NCBI GenBank assembly: GCA_965534785.1
Contig: CBETCF010000001.1
Location: 1-32,791, forward strand
Reading direction: 5' to 3'
DNA from: an uncultured Psychrobacter sp.
Lineage (GTDB): Bacteria > Pseudomonadota > Gammaproteobacteria > Pseudomonadales > Moraxellaceae
Length of the DNA stretch: 32,791 nucleotides
Below the pieces are notes generated by a model. The model had not been told where the DNA came from. It saw only the letters and a list, made by a program, of their open reading frames with translations, and searched no databases. The translations under genes and the position numbers were made by a program. Of this stretch, positions 18,810 to 27,563 are shown one piece after another (position 1 is the stretch's first letter; every line of letters begins with the position of its first letter).

Positions 18810-19149
18810 TGCAAAACGATAGTAATTTTCATTACTATGTTGATTTTGCAAAAAGGGCAGGATTACCTTAGCATTGGGTTTTTTATAAACGTGGGGGCGA
18901 GACTCCTAACGACGCTAAATGGTAACTATGCCCCTTAGAATGACTAAACTAGATAAGCTTCTTCTCGTATCGCTTAAAAACCATTCTATACAGCATCATG
19001 TGTCAGCATCATGATCAATCAAATATGTCCTGATAAATCGTTATTCAGTTATGAATACTTTTGGTGTTCATGGCTTTTTAATTGACCTGTTTAGAATGCA
19101 GTTATAAAGCAATTTGGAAGCGATACTTAATTAACGCAAGTGGGAAGCT
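18810..19149. ncRNA. Candidate structured RNA(s) / cis-regulatory leader upstream of the purine permease
   Basis: Several nested complementary segments found by eye (see findings). No match to riboswitch consensus sequences that I can recognise. Confidence 0.35.
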
Positions 19150-19154
19150 AAACT

Positions 19155-20450
19155 ATGAATGCTATTGAACGCTATTTTGGAATCAATGGTGAGAATACCA
19201 CCATCAAAACAGAGATTCTCGCAGGTGTAACCACGTTTTTGACGATGGCTTACATCATCTTTGTTAACCCTAACGTACTAGCCGACGCTGGAATGGACAA
19301 AGGGGCGGTATTTGTCGCTACCTGTCTAGCAGCCGCGGTAGGCTGTTTCATTATGGGTATCTATGCCAAGCTGCCAGTCGCGCTGGCACCAGGCATGGGT
19401 CTTAACGCCTTTTTTACTTATGGCGTCGTACTTGGTATGGGCTATACCTGGCAAGCTGCAATGGGTGCAGTATTTTTATCGGGTTGTATCTTTGTACTAT
19501 TAAGTCTGTTTAAGATCCGCGAAGTCATCATTGATGCTATTCCTAACTCTTTGAAGCAAGGGGTAGTGGCCGGTATTGGTGCATTTTTGGCTTTTATTGC
19601 GCTACAAACCTCAGGCGTTATTGTCAACAATGATGCCACATTGGTAGGCCTTGGCGATATGACAACCTTTAGTCCTGCTATGGCAGCACTAGGGTTTATC
19701 GTAATTGTTGGCCTATCTTATAAGAAAGTGCCGGGAGCGGTAACGATCGGTATTTTATTGGTCGCTTTAATTAGCTTACTGACAGGTAATACCGAGTTTG
19801 GCGGTATTATTTCGGCACCGCCCTCTATTGGCCCAACGATTATGCAGCTTGATATCGCAGGTGCTTTTGACATAGGGATGATTAGTGTTATTTTTGCTTT
19901 TTTATTCGTCGATTTGTTTGATACCGCAGGTACGCTGATAGCCACGACCAGCCAAGCAGGTTTGGTAGGTAAAGACGGCAAAATTCCGAATATGGGCAAA
20001 GCATTACTTGCCGATTCAACCGCTACAGTTGCAGGCTCATTATTGGGTACATCATCGACTACCAGTTTTGTTGAAAGTGTCTCAGGTATTGCCGCCGGCG
20101 GTCGCACCGGATTAGTTGCTGTGACAGTCGGGGTGCTATTCTTATTAAGTATGTTTTTTGCCCCACTTGCTGGTATGATTCCCGCTTATGCAACGGCTGG
20201 TGCTATCTTTTATGTTGCAGTACTGATGATGGGTACCCTAAAAGATATTGACTGGTTGGATCTAACAGAGGCAGCGCCTGTTGTTGTGGTATTGTTATTT
20301 ACGCCATTGACGTACTCCATCGCTGATGGTATTGCGCTTGGGTTTATTACCTTTACCGCGGTTAAAGTGTTAACAGGCAAGTTTGCTGATGTTAGTATTG
20401 CCGTTTGGATATTAACCTTAGTATTATTAGCTAAAATCATCTTTGTCTAA
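19155..20450 (+). CDS. NCS2 family, AzgA-like purine (adenine/guanine/hypoxanthine) permease
   Basis: TEILAGVTTFLTMAYIIFVNP, LAPGMGLNAFF, FVDLFDTAGTL, ESVSGIAAGGRTGL, TPLTYSIADGIALG; highly hydrophobic, multi-TM. Confidence 0.93.
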   Translation: MNAIERYFGINGENTTIKTEILAGVTTFLTMAYIIFVNPNVLADAGMDKGAVFVATCLAAAVGCFIMGIYAKLPVALAPGMGLNAFFTYGVVLGMGYTWQAAMGAVFLSGCIFVLLSLFKIREVIIDAIPNSLKQGVVAGIGAFLAFIALQTSGVIVNNDATLVGLGDMTTFSPAMAALGFIVIVGLSYKKVPGAVTIGILLVALISLLTGNTEFGGIISAPPSIGPTIMQLDIAGAFDIGMISVIFAFLFVDLFDTAGTLIATTSQAGLVGKDGKIPNMGKALLADSTATVAGSLLGTSSTTSFVESVSGIAAGGRTGLVAVTVGVLFLLSMFFAPLAGMIPAYATAGAIFYVAVLMMGTLKDIDWLDLTEAAPVVVVLLFTPLTYSIADGIALGFITFTAVKVLTGKFADVSIAVWILTLVLLAKIIFV

Positions 20451-20476
20451 AGCTTTGTTTTAGATAAGTTAATACT

Positions 20477-20517
20477 AATCCTTGCTATCCATAATAATGA
20501 GTAGCAAGGATTTTTTT
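20477..20517 (+). terminator. Intrinsic terminator of the permease gene
   Basis: AATCCTTGCTA...TAGCAAGGATT forms an 11-bp stem running into T7. Confidence 0.82.
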
Positions 20518-21181
20518 GGCCTTGAATTTAGAGCCAAGCTGTCAAAATATTTTATGCTCTAGCTCATTTATGACAAGATAATTACTATACACCAAGATAA
20601 AAATAGCAAACAAAAACAAGCTAGTCATCAGTGATAACCTTACTAAGCTATCTATCTGTTTTTGAAACAGTTAAGTTTTGCAATAAACAGGGGTTATGGA
20701 TAGTTTGCTTTTTTCTTTCATGATAATATGGATAAGTTAAGCGCATCACCTCAAGCAACGCCGTAGAGGTTTTTCTTACAGTGAATTTGTAGTATCCCGA
20801 TAATCCTCCTTTCACTACCGACAAGAAGAAGGCACTAATGCCGCTTAACGTTATTTTGCCTTTGTATTGTTAACGTAGTCCGTTTAACAGGCGACGATCT
20901 ACTTAACCTTATCTAGCTTTTGCTGGATATGCTCGTTTTGTGATAGCGCTGTCCGATCTTTTACAATTTGGCTTTTGTCTCTTGCTAATAGCTATGTTGG
21001 TTATCTAGTTTATGGGTTTTTATTAGTTTCCAAAAGTAGCTCTAATCATAGATAAGTATTGATATATGATTCTAAGTGACAAGCTATATAGCTATAAAAA
21101 GCACAATATTATTGAGATCTAGACACTCTATTTACCATGGTTTTTTAAACGATAATTATAAACAATAATTATGGAGTTGGT

Positions 21182-24100
21182 ATGCACCCAATAGATCAGT
21201 TTACCCCCCAAGAGCCAATATTATTTGAGCCTACGGATTTACTCAATCCTGACTATATTACCCAGTCAAGCGATGAGCTGTTTGCTCGTATATCGCCGTT
21301 ATATAGTGTCGATGAGAGTCGTTGGTTATCAGCGTTACTACCGCTTGCGAAGCCTACTGACGAAGAACGTGAAGCGGCTAGTGAGCAGACGCGCAAACTG
21401 GTTGAGTATGTCCGTAGTGATGGCAAAGCAGTCAAAATGGTAGACTCTTTATTATTAGAATATAGCTTGGATACGCAAGAAGGTATCTTGCTGATGAGCT
21501 TAGCAGAAGCTTTAATTCGCGTGCCTGATAGCTATACAGCGGATGCGCTTATCCGTGACAAAATGAGTGTCGCTGATTGGAAAAAGCATCTAAAAGACGA
21601 TAACGGTATGATTGTTAATGCCTCAACTTGGGGCCTGATGATGACGGGCCGAGTAGTCAGCATTGACAGTAGCACGACCGCCTCAGGATTTTTGGATCGG
21701 ATGACCAAAAAGATGGGCGAGCCGATGATTCGTGCGGCGATGCAAAAAGCCATGCGTATTATGGGTCATCAGTTTGTACTTGGCGAAACTATTGAAGAAG
21801 CCAGTCGCAACAGCCAGCCCTATCGTAATAAAGGCTACACTTACTCTTTTGATATGTTAGGCGAAGCGGCAATCACCAATAAAGATGCCGAAAAATACTT
21901 TAATGATTATCTGCATGCTATTAAAGCGACGGCTAATATCAAAGTCAAAGAGGGTATGCCAAAACCTTCCGTTTCTATCAAACTATCAGCGTTACATCCG
22001 CGCTATGAAGCCACTCAAGAAGCGCAAGTGCTTGGGCTATTGCGTCAGCGCTGCTTACTATTAATTGAGGCGGCACGCGAAGTCAATGTCGATCTAAGTA
22101 TTGATGCCGAAGAAGCCGATCGTTTAGAAATCTCCTTAAAGCTCTTTGAATCTCTATACCGAGACGCTATTACTGCGGGCTGGGATGGTTTAGGCTTAGT
22201 AGTACAAGGCTATTCAAAACGGGCTATCGCTATCTTTGCATGGCTGGCACGCCTAGCGACAGAGGTGGGCGACCGTATTCCGTTACGCTTGGTTAAAGGC
22301 GCTTACTGGGATACTGAGATCAAAATGGCTCAGCAAACAGGGCTTTCAGGTTATCCGGTATGGACGCGTAAAGAAGGTACCGATACCGCTTATCTCGCTT
22401 GTGCGCGCTTCTTGTTATCCGATCATCTGCGCGGTCTTATTTGGCCACAGTTTGCCACCCATAATGCGCATACTTTAGCGACTGTTATGACCATGAGCAC
22501 CCATAAGGAGTTTGAATTCCAGCGTCTACATGGCATGGGTGACGCGCTTTATGATCATATTTTGCAAACTTACAAAATCCCAGTACGTATCTATGCGCCA
22601 GTGGGCGCGCATCAAGACTTGCTACCATATCTAGTTCGTCGTTTATTAGAAAACGGCGCCAATAGCTCGTTTGTGCATCAGCTATTAGACAAGTCTTATC
22701 CTATCGATAAGCTGACTGTCCATCCTTACGACAAGTTAGTGGCTAATGAGCATTTAAACAACCCAGAAATTCCGTTGCCGTTAGATATTTACGGCGATCG
22801 AACGGCAAGCTATGGTCCTAACATCTTTGTTGATTCGCAGTGGCAACCGTTCAATGCCGCAATCGAAGAGCAACGCAAAAAGACTTGGTCAGCAACTTCC
22901 ATCATCAATGGTCAGGCCATTAGCGAATACACCAAAGACGGCACTCAGCAGCAACTCGATAGCCAAAGCATTCGTGCGCCGTGGAATCATGAGGTCATCG
23001 CTGGTGAGGTCAAATACGCTAATGCTGATATTGCCAATCAAGCGATTGATGCGGCCGTTGCCGGTCAAAAAGCATGGCAAGCAGTTCCTGCAGCTAAACG
23101 TGCTGAAATGCTGCGCAAAACGGCAGACTTGTATGAAGAAAACTACGCTGAGCTGATGGCTTTATGCCAAATCGAGGCGGGTAAAACTATGCAAGACGGC
23201 ATTGATGAGATCAAAGAAGCGGTAGATTTCTGTCGTTTTTATGCTGACGAAGCTGAGCGCTTAGAAGCTGAGGTACAAGAGATTACTGACTTGTCTGGTA
23301 AGCTGATTCGTCAAACTTATAAACCTCGTGGTACTTTCGTCTGTATTAGCCCATGGAACTTTCCTTTAGCTATTTATACTGGTCAGATCGTTGCCGCTTT
23401 GGCTGCTGGCAACACGGTAGTTGCTAAGCCTGCTGAGCAAACTAGTTTGATTGCGCACTTTGGCGCGCAGCTTATGTATCAGGCGGGCGTGCCAGCTGAG
23501 GCATTACAGTTCGTCGCTGGTGCTGGTGATGTTGGTGCTACATTGACAGCATCAGATCAGATTGCTGGGGTAATCTTTACTGGCTCAACGCAAACCGCTC
23601 AGCGTATCAATCAAAGCTTGAATAATCATCCGCAGGCGAGTGGTGAGCTGCCTATCTTGATTGCGGAAACGGGTGGTCAAAACGCGATGATCGTCGATTC
23701 AACCGCATTGCCTGAGCAAGTGGTCACTGATGCGGTGTTATCAGCTTTTGGCTCAGCCGGTCAGCGCTGTTCAGCTTGTCGTATTCTTTGTGTGCAAGAA
23801 GAAGTCGCTGACGGTATCATTGAGCTACTGCAAGGTCATATGGCTGAGTTAGTCGTTGGTAATCCTACTTATGTCTCAACCGATGTCGGTCCAGTTATTG
23901 ATAGTGATGCCAAAAAGGGACTAGAAGCTCATATCGAGCGCATGCAGTCTGAAGCGACCGCGACAATCTTGGGACAAACCCCAATGAGTGCAAGCTCAGT
24001 GGTCAGTGAAGACCAAGCAACTTTCGTAATGCCAACAGCGATTGAAGTCAGTAGTATCGATGTCATTGGCGGTGAGCATTTTGGTCCGATATTGCATGTG

Positions 24101-24448
24101 CTACGCTATAAAGCACGTGACTTAGATAAACTTATTGATGCCATTAACGGCACTGGGTTTGGTCTGACCTTAGGTATTCATAGCCGTATAGAAAATATCT
24201 CTGAACATATCGAGCGCCGTGTAGTGGTGGGCAATACTTATATTAACCGTAACCAAATCGGTGCGGTAGTCAACGTGCAGCCTTTCGGTGGTACAGGACT
24301 ATCCGGTACTGGTCCAAAAGCAGGGGGGCCGCATTATGTGGCTCGTCTGATGAAGCTCAGTACTGATACTGTTATCAATAAAGAAGCTAATATGCAAACG
24401 ACTAACGTGCAATCAGCTCAATCTACCACACCTACAGAACTCGCATAA
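21182..24448 (+). CDS. putA: Bifunctional proline dehydrogenase / L-glutamate gamma-semialdehyde dehydrogenase PutA (no RHH domain; C-terminal domain encoded separately)
   Basis: SFDMLGEAA, SIKLSALHPRY, IDAEE, RLVKGAYWD, QFATHNA, YAPVG, LVRRLLENGANSSFV; ALDH module ISPWNFPLAI, FTGST, AETGGQN, SAGQRCSA, EHFGP, QPFGG..SGTGPKAGGPHY. Confidence 0.97.
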   Translation: MHPIDQFTPQEPILFEPTDLLNPDYITQSSDELFARISPLYSVDESRWLSALLPLAKPTDEEREAASEQTRKLVEYVRSDGKAVKMVDSLLLEYSLDTQEGILLMSLAEALIRVPDSYTADALIRDKMSVADWKKHLKDDNGMIVNASTWGLMMTGRVVSIDSSTTASGFLDRMTKKMGEPMIRAAMQKAMRIMGHQFVLGETIEEASRNSQPYRNKGYTYSFDMLGEAAITNKDAEKYFNDYLHAIKATANIKVKEGMPKPSVSIKLSALHPRYEATQEAQVLGLLRQRCLLLIEAAREVNVDLSIDAEEADRLEISLKLFESLYRDAITAGWDGLGLVVQGYSKRAIAIFAWLARLATEVGDRIPLRLVKGAYWDTEIKMAQQTGLSGYPVWTRKEGTDTAYLACARFLLSDHLRGLIWPQFATHNAHTLATVMTMSTHKEFEFQRLHGMGDALYDHILQTYKIPVRIYAPVGAHQDLLPYLVRRLLENGANSSFVHQLLDKSYPIDKLTVHPYDKLVANEHLNNPEIPLPLDIYGDRTASYGPNIFVDSQWQPFNAAIEEQRKKTWSATSIINGQAISEYTKDGTQQQLDSQSIRAPWNHEVIAGEVKYANADIANQAIDAAVAGQKAWQAVPAAKRAEMLRKTADLYEENYAELMALCQIEAGKTMQDGIDEIKEAVDFCRFYADEAERLEAEVQEITDLSGKLIRQTYKPRGTFVCISPWNFPLAIYTGQIVAALAAGNTVVAKPAEQTSLIAHFGAQLMYQAGVPAEALQFVAGAGDVGATLTASDQIAGVIFTGSTQTAQRINQSLNNHPQASGELPILIAETGGQNAMIVDSTALPEQVVTDAVLSAFGSAGQRCSACRILCVQEEVADGIIELLQGHMAELVVGNPTYVSTDVGPVIDSDAKKGLEAHIERMQSEATATILGQTPMSASSVVSEDQATFVMPTAIEVSSIDVIGGEHFGPILHVLRYKARDLDKLIDAINGTGFGLTLGIHSRIENISEHIERRVVVGNTYINRNQIGAVVNVQPFGGTGLSGTGPKAGGPHYVARLMKLSTDTVINKEANMQTTNVQSAQSTTPTELA

Positions 24449-24459
24449 GGAGCAGCAAA

Positions 24460-25152
24460 ATGGCGAATGAATTCAAAAAAAATCATGCCCAAGTTTGTGA
24501 AGCTTGGCGATTACTTAGCGCTGCCGCTCGCGCCGCTTATCTTGAAACGGCTATTCCTAAGCTAGCACTACTGACAGGAGATGCTAATAAGGCACGACGT
24601 TTATTTCATCATCTGTTAAGCGCTGCCCCTAAGCTTGACGAAGTACAGCGTATGACAGGCGCTACTGGCGAATCTAACGATTTGTATGTGACTGCACGCG
24701 GCAAAACCATGGTTATCGGTGCTGAGTCAGCCAAAGCTATGGCAGTATTAGGTCAACTGATCGCTGCTTTATTGACTGGTAATGAGGTGATATTGCATTG
24801 CCCAAGCCAAGTGGATATGTGTGATGAGGCGGCTAAAATACTCTATAATGCTGGCATCAGTGATGATGTGCTTAGCGTTGCCAATGATTCGCAAACCATC
24901 ACTTTGCTATATATCGACCGTCTAGCACAAGTGGCGGTCGCAGGTAGTCATGCAGAAGTTCAAGCCATAAGTCAAGAGCTTGCCAATACTGATGGTATTC
25001 TGACGCAAGTAATTTCAGTGACAGATATGGTAGACTTCAGGGAAATGCTAAGTCTGGATTATCTCTATCGTTTTGTCACTGAGCGAGTGATCACCATCAA
25101 TACTACCGCTATCGGTGGTAATGCTAGCTTGCTTGAGTTAGGGGCTAGTTAA
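24460..25152 (+). CDS. Stand-alone PutA C-terminal ALDH-superfamily-like domain
   Basis: Own RBS (AAGGAG). GATGESNDLY..RG, ALLTGN and terminal ERVITINTTAIGGNASLL resemble the C-terminus of long PutAs (E. coli ends ER.LSVNTAAAGGNASL). No ALDH catalytic GQRC motif. Confidence 0.85.
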   Translation: MANEFKKNHAQVCEAWRLLSAAARAAYLETAIPKLALLTGDANKARRLFHHLLSAAPKLDEVQRMTGATGESNDLYVTARGKTMVIGAESAKAMAVLGQLIAALLTGNEVILHCPSQVDMCDEAAKILYNAGISDDVLSVANDSQTITLLYIDRLAQVAVAGSHAEVQAISQELANTDGILTQVISVTDMVDFREMLSLDYLYRFVTERVITINTTAIGGNASLLELGAS

Positions 25153-25189
25153 GCATTTGTAACATAAGATCTAATAGTTTCAATACTCG

Positions 25190-25240
25190 AGCCAGCGTTG
25201 CTTTATCAGCTATTTTGATAAAGCAACGCTGGCTTTGTTG
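25190..25240 (+). terminator. Terminator of the put operon
   Basis: AGCCAGCGTTGCTTTATCA-gctattt-TGATAAAGCAACGCTGGCT forms a 19-bp perfect stem, followed by TTGTTG. Confidence 0.82.
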
Positions 25241-25768
25241 TGCGGCTACTAACAACAGGAGATAGTCATTGACCTTAGGGTCTGTTGAAGCTTTTTAATA
25301 TAAATACTGTTTTAAGTTGTAAAATAATTAAATATAATGCTAGTATTATAATGTTAACCAAAGAGTCAGCTTCAAAGGAGAGGTTTGACCGGTTAATTAA
25401 AATACGGAATATTGATTGGCGAATAGCCAAATTAAATGGACATTTTTTTTCAATCTTCGTAGATATTTGCGCCGTTTAAGCAGCGCTTATAGATACTGAA
25501 GCTCCATCCTTAATAAAGATTAAGTCTGAACCAGTCAGCAGTCTCATAGGCAGTCAGCTTATTCAATACCTGTATAACTATCAGTATTGATGTAGGTATG
25601 ATGATCGTCGTCGTATAAATTTTATTATTATAATAATTGAATACTACCTTATGGCAGTGTCGCGGTATGCGCCTGACCTTTGATATATTGATTGTTAACA
25701 TATTATTATCCGATTAAAGATAAAGTTTGCTTTTTATCTTCCTTTTATTCAGACAGCCGAGTATTGCT

Positions 25769-27442
25769 ATGATAAATTTTTATTTAAATGGAAAACACCA
25801 CCAAATAACCCAGCTTAATCCTAATACTACGATATTAGAATATTTACGCTTGCACGCGCGGCAAATGGACACTAAAGAAGGCTGCGGTAGTGGCGACTGC
25901 GGCGCTTGTACAGTGATGGCGCAGCGCTTGCCTGCTAGTGCTGCAGCTCCTACAGCCGATAGCGCACCTTTTTATACCCTCAATGCTTGTATCACTTTAC
26001 TGTCACAGATGGACAACCATCACATCATGACGTCTGGCTTTCTAGCAGATAATCCTGAAAACCATCCTGAGCGTGCGCAACTCCATCCAGCCCAGCAAGC
26101 TATGGTTGACTGCCACGGCTCACAGTGTGGATTTTGTACGCCGGGCTTTATTATGTCTCTAGCTAATCTCTATGAGAATAATCTACAACAACCACAAAGC
26201 CACGAGCTAAGCTACGATGAGATCGTGGCTTCTATATCAGGGAATCTTTGCCGCTGTACCGGCTATCGACCTATCATTGATGCCGGTCTAGCTATGCAAA
26301 AAATCGGCCAAAAACGCGTTGAAGAGCAAGTTGCTGCAAAAGATTTAACTATGAATTTAGCTATAGATGCTATGGCGAAGACTAATAGCAATGAGGTTCA
26401 AAACACTGATGTCACCAATGATACTAGTAACAGCAATATCATAGCCCCAGCTTTAATCGAAGGCTCACGTCAGCTATTTATTCCAACCTCTACGGCTGAA
26501 CTTGATCAGCTCTTAGCGGTTTATCCCAAAGCTACTATTTGGGCAGGAGGTACTGATTTAGGGTTAACTATCACTCAGCGCTTAATAGATCATGAGGTTA
26601 TTATTCAGCTATCAGGGGTTGATGAGCTAAAACAGTGGTCATTGTCAGACTCCAAACCCTTTCAAGCAGATGAAAATAAAGAAGTTGAAAGTGCAGAGCC
26701 TATGGTTACCCAAGAATTAACTTTCGGTGCTGGCATGACTTATAAGCAGATGCTACCGATTCTAGAGCAGCATTTTCCTGCTTTTGCTGATTTATTTGCG
26801 AGAACAGCTTCACCGCAGATCCGTAATATGGGCACACTTGGTGGCAATATAGCCAATGCTTCACCGATTGGTGATCTGCCACCTGTATTGTTAGCGTTAG
26901 AGGCGCGAGTGCATCTGCGTCATTGTGATGTCATCAATAAAGAGACGGCTACTGATAAAGATAGTAAAAAATCATTTGAAATCTCAGATGAAACCATCTC
27001 TTTAGCGGAATTTTTCTTAGATTATAAAAAGACTAAGCTACGCCCAGGTAGTTATGTCGTAGCAGTACACATTCCCTTGATGCAAGACCATCAACAATTA
27101 TTTATCCATAAAATCAGTAAGCGCTTTGAAGATGATATTTCAGCTTGTTTAGTAGCGGCGAGAATTGATTTATCGGCAGATGGTATGAGTATTGCCAATG
27201 CCAAAATTGGCTTAGGCGGTATGGCAGCGGTACCTTTACTGGCTAAAAACTGTCAACAAGCGCTTATCGGTCAGCCTTTTGAGGTAGCAAGCTTTGAAAA
27301 AGCGGCTAAATCTATACCGTTAGATGTAACCCCAATGACTGATGTCCGTGCCAGTCGCGAATATCGCATGCATGTCGTGCAGCGCTTATTAGCCAAGTGC
27401 GGTAAGCAAATGGTACAGCGTACTCAAATTGAGGGTGCTTAA
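25769..27442 (+). CDS. xdhA: Xanthine dehydrogenase small subunit (2x[2Fe-2S] + FAD)
   Basis: Start more likely at ATG 25769 (MINFYLNG) than TTG 25727. TKEGCGSGDCGACTV, HGSQCGFCTPG, GNLCRCTGY, AGGTDL, QIRNMGTLGGNIANASPIGD, KISKRFEDDIS. Confidence 0.95.
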   Translation: MINFYLNGKHHQITQLNPNTTILEYLRLHARQMDTKEGCGSGDCGACTVMAQRLPASAAAPTADSAPFYTLNACITLLSQMDNHHIMTSGFLADNPENHPERAQLHPAQQAMVDCHGSQCGFCTPGFIMSLANLYENNLQQPQSHELSYDEIVASISGNLCRCTGYRPIIDAGLAMQKIGQKRVEEQVAAKDLTMNLAIDAMAKTNSNEVQNTDVTNDTSNSNIIAPALIEGSRQLFIPTSTAELDQLLAVYPKATIWAGGTDLGLTITQRLIDHEVIIQLSGVDELKQWSLSDSKPFQADENKEVESAEPMVTQELTFGAGMTYKQMLPILEQHFPAFADLFARTASPQIRNMGTLGGNIANASPIGDLPPVLLALEARVHLRHCDVINKETATDKDSKKSFEISDETISLAEFFLDYKKTKLRPGSYVVAVHIPLMQDHQQLFIHKISKRFEDDISACLVAARIDLSADGMSIANAKIGLGGMAAVPLLAKNCQQALIGQPFEVASFEKAAKSIPLDVTPMTDVRASREYRMHVVQRLLAKCGKQMVQRTQIEGA

Positions 27443-27563
27443 ATAGGCTTATAGAAGGCCTTATATATCTTTTATAAGGTGAAGCCTTTAAGCGAGCTTT
27501 GACAATTTTGACCAAAATATTTGAATAGCAGTAAATTCAAAAACCGATAAAAAGAGACCTATT

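Noticed and set aside
18810..19149. Assignment as 6S RNA, SRP RNA or a known purine/ZTP/xanthine riboswitch
   Set aside because: The diagnostic conserved nucleotides were not found by eye and the synteny does not fit 6S RNA; kept only as an unassigned candidate.
19442..23156. Short alternative-frame and antisense ORFs in the permease and putA
   Set aside because: Shadow ORFs within strongly supported genes.
24440..24465. Pseudogene or frameshift interpretation of the putA break
   Set aside because: Clean stop, strong RBS and ATG, with all catalytic motifs intact in the upstream ORF.
25651..25670. TGGCAG as a sigma54 -24 element for xdhA
   Set aside because: No TTGC at the required -12 spacing.
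25285..25701. ORFs 25285..25479 (+) and 25510..25701 (-)
   Set aside because: AT-rich, Ile/Lys/Asn-biased translations with non-ATG starts and no motifs; more likely xdh promoter region.
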